NCBI GenBank assembly: GCA_030647485.1 | Contig: JAUSJT010000004.1 | Span: 237,088-301,087, forward strand | DNA from: a bacterium | Lineage (GTDB): Bacteria; Patescibacteriota; Minisyncoccia; Minisyncoccales; UBA10102 | DNA: 64,000 nt | Direction: 5' to 3' | In this document: positions 25,308-32,910 of the stretch, piece after piece | How the letters are laid out: each line of letters opens with the position of its first letter | Position numbering within the stretch: the first letter of the stretch is position 1 | The notes under the pieces: generated by a model | Databases searched by the model: none | What the model saw: only the letters and a program-made list of their open reading frames with translations | What the model was told of the DNA's origin: nothing | Translations under genes and position numbers: made by a program

Positions 25308-26228
25308 ATGGACGTTCTACAAGCAAAAAATCTGACAAAAAAATTCGGCAATCTTGTTGCCGTAGATAATGTTTCCTTTTCGTTGCGAGAAGGAGAGATT
25401 TTAGGATTTTTGGGTCCCAATGGAGCTGGAAAAACAACTACTATTCAAATTCTTCTTGGAACGCTCTTGCCAACAAGTGGAGAAGTATTCTACTTTGGCA
25501 AAGATTTTAAACGCCATAGAGAAGAAATTCTTGAACAGGTAAACTTTTCTTCTACGTATACAAATCTTCCTTGGTATTTAACACTGCAAGAAAATCTCAA
25601 CTGTATTTCTTATTTGTACGATATTAAAAACCGGCGAGAACGAATCCAGAAAGTTGTTGAACTTTTCCACTTGGATGAGTTGCTGAAGAAAAAAACGTAT
25701 GAGTTTTCTTCGGGACAGCTCACAAGAATTAATCTCGCGAAAGCGTTTATTAACTTTCCCAAAGTTATTTTACTAGACGAACCGACAGCTTCTTTGGATC
25801 CAGATGTAGCAAAATATATCCGTGAATTCTTATTAAAAGAGCAAGAACAATTTCAGGTTTCTATTATTCTTACATCCCACAATATGGCAGAGATAGAAGC
25901 AGTATGCGACAGGGTCATCTTTATCAATGAGGGGAAAATTGTTGCAGATGATACCCCGGAAAACCTTGCAAAATCAATAGAAACCTGCCATATTCAGCTT
26001 TTTATAAAAGAGGGGCTAGAAAGAACAGTGGAATACTGCGTTAAATATGGATATGCAGCAAAGATAGAGGGGCATTACATTACTGTAGATCTTAAAGAAA
26101 AATCGATCGCTCCATTTCTTCAGGGCCTCGTAGAAGAGGGGATAACCTATGAAGAAATAAACATAGAAAAGCCCACATTAGAAGATTACTTCCTGCAGGT
26201 TATTGCAACTAAGTCTTCTGGACCATGA
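25308..26228 (+). CDS. ABC transporter ATP-binding protein (ABC-2 type)
   Basis: Walker A GPNGAGKTTT, signature FSSGQ, Walker B ILLDEPT. Confidence 0.9.
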   Translation: MDVLQAKNLTKKFGNLVAVDNVSFSLREGEILGFLGPNGAGKTTTIQILLGTLLPTSGEVFYFGKDFKRHREEILEQVNFSSTYTNLPWYLTLQENLNCISYLYDIKNRRERIQKVVELFHLDELLKKKTYEFSSGQLTRINLAKAFINFPKVILLDEPTASLDPDVAKYIREFLLKEQEQFQVSIILTSHNMAEIEAVCDRVIFINEGKIVADDTPENLAKSIETCHIQLFIKEGLERTVEYCVKYGYAAKIEGHYITVDLKEKSIAPFLQGLVEEGITYEEINIEKPTLEDYFLQVIATKSSGP

Positions 26229-27010
26229 AACTGCATCGAATATATGCAAATGTCTTGAGGTATTTCTATCTGTTCCGTCATAATCTAGATCGACTTACCG
26301 ATGCTTTTTATTGGCCTACGGTAGACCTTGTTCTGTGGGGAATAGCGAGTTTATATTTTCGATCATACCTAGATAATGCGCCCGCGATTGTCGCTTTCAT
26401 TCTTTCTGGGGTTATTCTTTGGATTATTGTATGGAGAGGTCAAGCTGAAATTTCTGTAAACGTGCTTGAAGAGATATGGAACAGGAACTTAATCAATATC
26501 TTTGTCGCTCCCCTGAAATTCTCTGAATGGATTTTATCTCTTTTAGCTATAGGGGCAATAAAAGCTTTTGCAAGTTTCCTTTTCGCTGTACTAGTAGCTT
26601 TCCTTTTGTACAAAGTGCAAATATTCTCCTTTGGATTTTACTTGGTTCCATTTATCATACCTTTGTTACTATTTGGGTATTCGGTTGGATTCTTCATTTC
26701 AGGGCTTGTACTTCGCTTCGGGACTAGGATACAAGGACTTTCATGGTCGTTAATTTTTGTTATCTCACCGTTTTCTGCGATCTATTATCCGCTAGAGATT
26801 CTTCCCGCATGGGCACAGAATATCGCTTCGTTTATCCCAGCAAGCTATATCTTCGAAGGAGCAAGAGAAGTTCTCATGAGCGGTGTCTTTGATCAAAACA
26901 AAGTTTTCATTAGCGTTGCCTTAAGCGTCGTATACTTTGTCGCTGCGTTGCTCTTTTTCAGACAAAGTTTCTACAAAGCTTTAAAGAATGGCCTCACCAA
27001 GGTGTACTAA
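26225..27010 (+). CDS. ABC-2 family transporter permease
   Basis: 261 aa with about 6 TM segments, translationally coupled to the ATPase. Confidence 0.8.
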   Translation: MKLHRIYANVLRYFYLFRHNLDRLTDAFYWPTVDLVLWGIASLYFRSYLDNAPAIVAFILSGVILWIIVWRGQAEISVNVLEEIWNRNLINIFVAPLKFSEWILSLLAIGAIKAFASFLFAVLVAFLLYKVQIFSFGFYLVPFIIPLLLFGYSVGFFISGLVLRFGTRIQGLSWSLIFVISPFSAIYYPLEILPAWAQNIASFIPASYIFEGAREVLMSGVFDQNKVFISVALSVVYFVAALLFFRQSFYKALKNGLTKVY

Positions 27011-27012
27011 GT

Positions 27013-27053
27013 CCATCGCCAGGTATCTCATTGAATCTAGCGTAAAGTGGTGA
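27013..27053 (+). pseudogene. Orphan copy 2 of the murG 3' end (…SIARYLIESSVKW*)
   Basis: Starts 2 nt after the permease stop. The 22-nt core CTCATTGAATCTAGCGTAAAGT is identical to 25279-25300. Confidence 0.85.
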
Positions 27054-27065
27054 TAAACTAGAGAT

Positions 27066-27260
27066 ATGAAGAATAAAAAGATATCGATTCAAGAAAGACA
27101 AGACAAGATATTTAGAAACATGTCTGCCGATAGGAAGTTAACCATAGCGGCGCGTTTATCGATGTTCTGTTTGGAATTAAACACCTTAAATCACTATGCA
27201 TCACATAATCGACCCCAGAGCAGTAGTGGTCAAGATCGCCAGCATCTTGCACGAGGTTAA
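27066..27260 (+). CDS. Small ORF (64 aa) overlapping the next gene by 65 nt; real length uncertain
   Basis: ORF track only. Its ATG occupies the same position in the repeat as the gltX ATG does in copy 3. Confidence 0.25.
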   Translation: MKNKKISIQERQDKIFRNMSADRKLTIAARLSMFCLELNTLNHYASHNRPQSSSGQDRQHLARG

Positions 27261-27768
27261 AATCCCTTATTTCATAACTGGCGGTTTTGCCGTTTCTGTC
27301 TGGGGTCGGCCGCGTGCAACCTTTGATATCGACGTTGTTGTAGAACTCATAGAACCAAAGGTGGAGGCGTTGGCAGGAGCGCTCCGGAAAATCTACAAGG
27401 CAGGCTATATAGATGAGACTTCAGCAAAAGATGCAATTCGCCATCAAAGCGAATTTAATTTTCTTGACCCGTTTACCGGGTTAAAAATAGATTTCTGGGT
27501 TACAAAGCGAGACGAGTTGTCTTTACTGAAGTTACAGAGAAAAATACCTAAAAAAATCAGCGGCAAGACGGTCTACTTTATTTCTCCCGAAGATTTAATT
27601 TTAAGCAAGCTTGTCTGGTATACAATGGGCGAGTCAACGAGACAGTTAGAGGATATAGAATCTGTCATCAAAATTTCTGGCAAGAAGCTTGATATGGGGT
27701 ATATTCGAAAATGGGCAAAGAGATTGGGAACTTTAGATATTCTTTCAAAACTTCTCGCAAAAATATAG
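27196..27768 (+). CDS. Nucleotidyltransferase-fold protein (MNT/AbiEii-like core)
   Basis: ITGGFAVSVWGRPRATFDIDVVV resembles the G[GS]-x9-13-DxD minimal NTase signature. 190 aa. Confidence 0.5.
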   Translation: MHHIIDPRAVVVKIASILHEVKIPYFITGGFAVSVWGRPRATFDIDVVVELIEPKVEALAGALRKIYKAGYIDETSAKDAIRHQSEFNFLDPFTGLKIDFWVTKRDELSLLKLQRKIPKKISGKTVYFISPEDLILSKLVWYTMGESTRQLEDIESVIKISGKKLDMGYIRKWAKRLGTLDILSKLLAKI

Positions 27769-27778
27769 AGTACAGGGC

Positions 27779-27802
27779 CTCATTGAATCTAGCGTAAAGT
27801 GA
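27779..27802 (+). pseudogene. Orphan copy 3 of the murG 3' end (…LIESSVK*)
   Basis: The 22-nt core is identical to copies 1 and 2. The following spacer up to the gltX ATG resembles the spacer after copy 2. Confidence 0.85.
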
Positions 27803-27817
27803 TGATAGGGTAGAGGT

Positions 27818-29260
27818 ATGAATGTGAGAACGAGATTTGCGCCATCTCCGACAGGACCCTTGCATATGGGGAATGCAAGAACTGCGTTGTTTAACTATCT
27901 CTTTGCCAAAAAGGAAGGAGGAGTTTTTGTTCTGCGCATTGAAGACACAGACAAAGAACGCTCTTCGCCCGAATGGGAGAAAGACCTTCTAGAAAATCTC
28001 CACTGGTTGGGCTTGGAATGGGATGAAGGGGAAGGAAAAGAAGGTCCATACAACCCATATCGCCAATCAGAAAGAACGGAGATATATAAAGAATACTTGC
28101 AGCAACTTCTAGAACAGGGAAAAGCATACTATTGTTTTTGCAGCGCAGAAGATCTGGAAGCCCAACGCCAAGACCAGCTAAGCAGGGGAGTGGCGCCAAA
28201 ATACAAAGGAACGTGCAGGGAATTATCAAAAGAAGAACAAGAAAAACAACTGCAATCCGGGAAATCCGCTATTATCCGCCTTCTCGTTCCAGAAAAAACA
28301 ATTACATTCAAAGATCTCATTCGGGGAGAAATACGTTTTGATATGGGCCTGGTAGGGGATATGGTGCTTGCAAAAGATCTAGAAACTCCGCTGTATAACT
28401 TTACCGTGGTTATAGACGACTACTTGATGAAAATAACGCATGTCATTAGAGGAGAAGACCACATTTCTAACACCCCAAAGCAAATGGTTCTAGAGGAAGC
28501 TCTCGGATTCCCCCATACTATACAATATGCCCATCTTCCCCTTATCTTAGGAGAAGACCGCACCAAATTAAGCAAACGGCATGGAGACAATTCGGTAACC
28601 AGATTCCGTAAAGAAGGGTATCTCCCAGAAGCTGTGGTAAACTTTCTTGCGCTCTTGGGGTGGAATCCGGGAGACGAACGGGAGATATTCTCCCTGGAAA
28701 ATCTTGTGAAAGAATTTTCCATGGAAAAGGTGCAGAAATCAGGCGCAGTGTTCAATATGCAGCGCTTAGATTGGATTAACGGGTCCTACATCAGGCAAAA
28801 GAGTCCAAAGAACCTCGCAGAGCTTGCGGCTCCCTATCTTCCCGGAGTTTCTATAGATGCGATTGAGAAAGTCATAGTACTGTATAAAGAACGGTTGAGA
28901 AAACTTTCTGAAATAGGGGAATTGGCAGATTTCTTTTTCAAAGAGAAGCTTGAATATCCAAAAGAACTCTTGAAATGGAAACAGTATTCAGATAAAGACA
29001 TAGAGAAGGCCCTTCAGACTGTAGAACAGATATTGTCGCTCATCCCAGAGGCAGACTGGACAAAAGAAGTCCTGGGAGAAATACTCTTGAAAGAAGCAGA
29101 AAAGATAGGGGACAGGGGATACCTTCTCTGGCCCATGAGAGTGGCGCTTACGGGAAAACAGGCGTCGCCAGGACCCTTTGAAGTAGCGGAGGTTTTAGGA
29201 AAAGAAAAAGCGTTGGCACGGATTAAAAGCGCAATATCAATGGTAAGGTCGAATACATAA
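27818..29260 (+). CDS. gltX: Glutamyl-tRNA synthetase
   Basis: RFAPSPTGPLHMGNARTALFN (HIGH) and KLSKRH (KMSKS); 480 aa. Confidence 0.9.
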   Translation: MNVRTRFAPSPTGPLHMGNARTALFNYLFAKKEGGVFVLRIEDTDKERSSPEWEKDLLENLHWLGLEWDEGEGKEGPYNPYRQSERTEIYKEYLQQLLEQGKAYYCFCSAEDLEAQRQDQLSRGVAPKYKGTCRELSKEEQEKQLQSGKSAIIRLLVPEKTITFKDLIRGEIRFDMGLVGDMVLAKDLETPLYNFTVVIDDYLMKITHVIRGEDHISNTPKQMVLEEALGFPHTIQYAHLPLILGEDRTKLSKRHGDNSVTRFRKEGYLPEAVVNFLALLGWNPGDEREIFSLENLVKEFSMEKVQKSGAVFNMQRLDWINGSYIRQKSPKNLAELAAPYLPGVSIDAIEKVIVLYKERLRKLSEIGELADFFFKEKLEYPKELLKWKQYSDKDIEKALQTVEQILSLIPEADWTKEVLGEILLKEAEKIGDRGYLLWPMRVALTGKQASPGPFEVAEVLGKEKALARIKSAISMVRSNT

Positions 29261-29277
29261 TACATATAATAATAACT

Positions 29278-29526
29278 ATGAGCACAAAACAACTTATTAT
29301 CTTAGTTCTTATTCTCTTCTTTCTCCCTCCGCTCTTGGGCAAGGTTTCACTCACGCCCTTTTCTGATTTCTTCTCGCATATGTCATTGCAGGGTTTTGTA
29401 AACGCGTTTGGTACGGTTTTTCAAGACGACTTTAATTTCTACAAAGGCCTTGTAGATCCGTGGATCACAAAGCTTGTTGATTTCATAAAGAGCAACATGC
29501 CAAAGTTGCCAGCAAGTACTCCTTAG
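29278..29526 (+). CDS. Small secreted/membrane protein (82 aa)
   Basis: N-terminal hydrophobic helix LIILVLILFFLPPLLG. No other motif. Confidence 0.45.
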   Translation: MSTKQLIILVLILFFLPPLLGKVSLTPFSDFFSHMSLQGFVNAFGTVFQDDFNFYKGLVDPWITKLVDFIKSNMPKLPASTP

Positions 29527-29529
29527 GCA

Positions 29530-30120
29530 ATGAGAAATACGAAGAGGTGCTCTTGGTCATTAAGCAGTCAGGAAATGATAGAGTACCATGACACGGAGTG
29601 GGGGAGACCCCTTTTTGAAGACAAGAAAATACTCCAAGCTTTTTTCTTGGATACATTCCAAGCAGGTTTGAGTTGGGCAATTATTCTTTCAAAAAGAAAT
29701 AATTTCAAAAAAGCTTTTGCAAACTTCAACGCTGCAAAAATTGCAACGTACGGCAGGGGAGAGGTGCGGCGTCTTATGGGGAACTCCGGGATTATACGAA
29801 ACAAAAGAAAGATAGAAGCAGCAATACTCAACGCACAAAAAATCCTTACAATTAAAAAGGAGTGCGGATCTTTCGCAAAATATCTCTGGCAATTCACACA
29901 TGGAAAAACCATACATCACGCCTTTCGTAGGCTAGGGGATGTTTCGACAACCTCAAAAGAGGCCAAAACTATGAGTAAGGATATGAGAGCTAGGGGATTC
30001 AAGTTTGTGGGGCCCACAACCCTTTATGCCCTTATGCAGGGCATTGGAATGGTGAATGACCACCTGGTATCCTGCTTTGCGTACCAAGAGGTCAAAAAGG
30101 CCTCTTCTAGACGTTTTTAG
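29530..30120 (+). CDS. tag: DNA-3-methyladenine glycosylase I
   Basis: CSW...YHDTEWGRP...FLDTFQAGLSWAIILSKRNNFKKAFANF matches the Tag family. Confidence 0.85.
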   Translation: MRNTKRCSWSLSSQEMIEYHDTEWGRPLFEDKKILQAFFLDTFQAGLSWAIILSKRNNFKKAFANFNAAKIATYGRGEVRRLMGNSGIIRNKRKIEAAILNAQKILTIKKECGSFAKYLWQFTHGKTIHHAFRRLGDVSTTSKEAKTMSKDMRARGFKFVGPTTLYALMQGIGMVNDHLVSCFAYQEVKKASSRRF

Positions 30121-30135
30121 GGTCTTATACGGGTA

Positions 30136-30166
30136 TTGACACACCCCTAGGGTAGGGGTGTATTAT
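30136..30166 (+). promoter_or_regulatory. Candidate promoter (TTGACA-19-TATTAT) whose spacer is the palindrome CACCCCT-aggGt-AGGGGTG
   Basis: TTGACA at 30136-30141 and TATTAT at 30161-30166. Inverted repeat at 30142-30148 / 30154-30160. The spacer is longer than optimal. Confidence 0.35.
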
Positions 30167-30239
30167 AAAGCTATACCAGTTCGCATAATTATACTTAAGC
30201 GAATAGCTTATACCAGTTTTACACAAAACCACTTCTCCC

Positions 30240-31181
30240 ATGCAAAAATCACAAAAACCCCTCCCCCAGCATGTTTCTGATTTTTTGGACTGGTTAGAAA
30301 TTGAAAAAGGATTATCGTCAAAATCTCAAGAAAATTATTCCAGATTCATAAATAAATTTATTTCCTGGCTCAAAGATTCTAACCTCTCTTCTCTGACTCC
30401 CGACACTCTTACTCCCGACCATATCCGCCAATACCGTCTTTTTCTGGCTCGTAACCCTACCAAGCCCCTTAAGAAATCAACCCAGAACTATTACCTTATA
30501 GCTCTTAGAAGCCTCCTCAACTACTTTGCCGACAGAGATATAATCTCTTTACCATCAGAAAAGATAAAACTTGCTAGAGACAAGGAAGACCGCCAAGTTC
30601 GTTTCTTAACTCTAGAACAACTTCAGAGACTCTTTGATGCGCCAAACACTAAAATATTCCAGGGATTGCGCGATAGGACCATACTCGAAACCTTCTTTTC
30701 CACGGGAATGAGAATTTCAGAACTCGTAGCTCTTAATACAGAACAAATCAATATAAAACCCGATGCGGAAGAACTGGAGCTAACCATTACGGGAAAAGGC
30801 GGAAGGATACGCACCGTGTACTTCTCAGCCAGAACGCTCGAATGGCTCTACAGATACCTAAAAGAACGAAAAGACGTTGAGAATGCCCTTTTTGTGACCT
30901 ACAAAGGCAAGAAGAAGGAGCCGCACCGCATCACGCCCCGGGCTATTCAAAAAGCATTCAAAAAATACACGATCATTGCTGGAATTCCCCTATTCACCAC
31001 GCCTCATGTAATGCGCCATACATTCGCTACTGACCTCCTTTCGCAAGGTGTTGATCTGCGCACCATTCAGGAATTTCTGGGCCACAAAAGCATTACCGCT
31101 ACCCAAATCTATGCCCATGTCACAAGCCAAAAACTCCGCGAAATACATGAAAAGTTTCATAGTGGAAAGAATCTAAAATGA
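30240..31181 (+). CDS. Tyrosine recombinase, XerC/XerD-like
   Basis: SAM-like N-domain. Catalytic residues: R (GMRISELVAL), HVMRHTFAT (HxxR) and LGHKSITATQIYAHV (H...Y). Confidence 0.85.
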   Translation: MQKSQKPLPQHVSDFLDWLEIEKGLSSKSQENYSRFINKFISWLKDSNLSSLTPDTLTPDHIRQYRLFLARNPTKPLKKSTQNYYLIALRSLLNYFADRDIISLPSEKIKLARDKEDRQVRFLTLEQLQRLFDAPNTKIFQGLRDRTILETFFSTGMRISELVALNTEQINIKPDAEELELTITGKGGRIRTVYFSARTLEWLYRYLKERKDVENALFVTYKGKKKEPHRITPRAIQKAFKKYTIIAGIPLFTTPHVMRHTFATDLLSQGVDLRTIQEFLGHKSITATQIYAHVTSQKLREIHEKFHSGKNLK

Positions 31182-31720
31182 TTACTACTCCCCTATCTCC
31201 AGAATTTGTTGCGGGCCTGACTGCGGGCGAAGGATGCTTTGACTTGCAGTTTCATCGCGATGTTCGCAGAGAACGAAAAGGCAGCCCCGTTTACTATAGT
31301 TGGAAAGTTCAATTTGTTATAAATCTTAAGAATAAAGACCTAGAGCTTATTAAAAAGCTTCCTGAAGTGTTTGGATGTGGTACGGTCCACACTCCAATTG
31401 GCTATGCGCGATTTTCCGTACAGGATATAGATAATTTGTACCACATCGTTTTGCCATTTTTCCGAAAATATCCGCCGTACGGAAACAAACAAAAAGATTT
31501 TGAGCTATGGGCAGAAACTATAGAGATTCTTTATGCTAATAAATTTGTACGAAAACCTGCTCGAGGGAAACAAGGTTTTGCAAAAAAGGCATGGAAACGA
31601 ACATCCTTTCAAAGAATCCTTGAACTTCATAAGTTGATGCAACCCTACAAATCTATACGTCCTCAAGGATATAAATGGATTAAAGAAGCAGAAAGATTTG
31701 CCGAAACCCTAGAAGATTAA
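31178..31720 (+). CDS. LAGLIDADG-family homing endonuclease (single-motif type)
   Basis: FVAGLTAGEGCF is a LAGLIDADG motif near the N-terminus. 180 aa. ATGA overlap with the recombinase stop. Confidence 0.75.
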   Translation: MITTPLSPEFVAGLTAGEGCFDLQFHRDVRRERKGSPVYYSWKVQFVINLKNKDLELIKKLPEVFGCGTVHTPIGYARFSVQDIDNLYHIVLPFFRKYPPYGNKQKDFELWAETIEILYANKFVRKPARGKQGFAKKAWKRTSFQRILELHKLMQPYKSIRPQGYKWIKEAERFAETLED

Positions 31721-31724
31721 ACGC

Positions 31725-31772
31725 CTCCGCGACATTCATCGTCAATTCCACAGCGGCAAAAACCTCAAGTAA
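31725..31772 (+). pseudogene. Orphan copy 2 of the recombinase 3' end (…LRDIHRQFHSGKNLK*)
   Basis: Peptide is nearly identical to the real C-terminus …LREIHEKFHSGKNLK*. The nucleotides differ mainly at third-codon positions. Confidence 0.8.
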
Positions 31773-31798
31773 AACTAAGTCTCGCTTAGTTATCCACA
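31770..31798. repeat. 29-nt element TAAAACTAAG-TCTCG-CTTAGTTATCCACA (hairpin plus a perfect DnaA-box-like 9-mer)
   Basis: Arms are the reverse complement of 39677-39705, but the 5-nt loop is identical on the + strand. Confidence 0.8.
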
Positions 31799-31815
31799 AG
31801 AGTCTTCTCTGGGGC

Positions 31816-32100
31816 CTATAGACGAATCTTCTCTAACTCTTGCTGAACTATATCGGGAGAAGCCGTATAAATACGGATTGCCTGAACAGATGTGTTCCCG
31901 CGAACAGTCATTAACAACCCACTTGTACTCCTTTTGAACTTTACCCTCTTCGTTCCCCTCTGACCTGGGGTTGATTTGATAAAACCGAGAGATATCTTTG
32001 CAACCTCTGGCAGCTTTTCTGCTGCCCTTACCAAAGGTTCTGCCGCTTCAATGAGGGTTGTATGTGTTCCCCCTGACTTTTTTCCTTGCCACTTTGCCAT
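31816..32100 (-). CDS. Hypothetical protein (94 aa, basic)
   Basis: ORF 27 nt downstream of the methyltransferase on the same strand. No recognisable motif. Confidence 0.45.
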   Translation of the reverse strand: MAKWQGKKSGGTHTTLIEAAEPLVRAAEKLPEVAKISLGFIKSTPGQRGTKRVKFKRSTSGLLMTVRGNTSVQAIRIYTASPDIVQQELEKIRL

Positions 32101-32126
32101 ATTTTAACCTGAAATGTCGCACAATG

Positions 32127-32726
32127 TTAACCCTTTCGCACGAGAAAATGAAGATAGTTTTTTGATCCTGGTTTGAATGTTTCAAAATGAAAAGGCGTAA
32201 AACCGACTTCTTTGAGTAAAGATTCCACTTCTTCTTTCGTATAATATGCGAAGTATCGCGGAAGATTTACCCCTGAACTCTCACGATATCCCTCTGTATC
32301 GCCCTCGATAAGCCCCAAGCCAAAGATTCCGTCTTTCTTTAGCACCCTATGAATTTCCTTAAGCCCTGTCTGTACTTCTGATTTTGGAACATGAAGAAGT
32401 GTTGTGTAAGACCAAACTCCGTCAAAAGAGCCGTCGGGGAATGGAATACTATTGAAATCTCCCAACACAGACAAAAAGCCCTTCTCCTTGGTCATCGAAA
32501 TCATCGCCTCCGAAGCATCAAAGCAAGTTACATCCAGCCCTGCCCGCTGAAGAATGAGTGCATCCCTGCCCGGTCCACTTCCCACGTCTAATACCCTTCC
32601 TTTGGTAGGAATATTTTCGCAAAACTTGCGAATGAAAATATTGGGAAAAATATTCCAGAAATCTTTGGTTTCTTCATCATATTCTTTTGCAAGTTTATTG
32701 TAAGTATCTATAGTCTTCTTGTCCAT
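32127..32726 (-). CDS. Class I SAM-dependent methyltransferase
   Basis: VLDVGSGPGRDAL is motif I. 199 aa. Confidence 0.75.
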   Translation of the reverse strand: MDKKTIDTYNKLAKEYDEETKDFWNIFPNIFIRKFCENIPTKGRVLDVGSGPGRDALILQRAGLDVTCFDASEAMISMTKEKGFLSVLGDFNSIPFPDGSFDGVWSYTTLLHVPKSEVQTGLKEIHRVLKKDGIFGLGLIEGDTEGYRESSGVNLPRYFAYYTKEEVESLLKEVGFTPFHFETFKPGSKNYLHFLVRKG

Positions 32727-32760
32727 ATTGATACTTTATCAAAAAACCGCCTCCTTGGCG

Positions 32761-32781
32761 ATTTTAACTATCCCCTATTCC
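32761..32781 (-). terminator. Short-stem intrinsic terminator (TCGCC-aagga-GGCGG-TTTTTT on the - strand)
   Basis: 5-bp GC stem plus a T6 run. Homologous in design to 36634-36654 and 39618-39640. Confidence 0.45.
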
Positions 32782-32797
32782 GCGACATCCACCGCCA

Positions 32798-32845
32798 GTT
32801 TCATAGTGGAAAGAATTTAAAATAGATACCTCCTACCTTGGCTCT
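32798..32845 (+). pseudogene. Orphan copy 3 of the recombinase 3' end (…FRDIHRQFHSGKNLK*)
   Basis: Shares the 19-nt block GTTTCATAGTGGAAAGAAT with the real gene end. No upstream ORF is attached. Confidence 0.8.
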
Positions 32846-32910
32846 AATTTGGATAATGACGATGGGGTCTAGAGAAATGCGGTCGATTATTCAGTTTAGG
32901 GGTATTGAAT

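Larger units (their letters stand above)
25303..27802 (+). other. Two low-GC insertion cassettes bracketed by three copies of the murG 3' end
   Basis: See the repeat copies at 25265-25302, 27013-27053 and 27779-27802. Sampled lines are about 30-35% GC, versus about 57% in murG and about 47% in gltX. Confidence 0.6.
31134..31772 (+). mobile_element. Free-standing homing-endonuclease cassette: recoded recombinase 3' end + LAGLIDADG ORF + displaced older 3' end
   Basis: The 48-nt gene terminus is duplicated 591 nt (197 codons) apart, flanking the HEG ORF. The segment is low in GC. Confidence 0.55.

Noticed and set aside
31178-31724. Group I intron or intein carrying the LAGLIDADG ORF
   Set aside because: The recombinase ORF ends with its own stop codon, overlapping the endonuclease ATG (ATGA), and is full length. 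The downstream fragment duplicates residues already encoded rather than continuing the protein. There is no in-frame intein fusion. I cannot exclude intron-like RNA structure without a covariance search.
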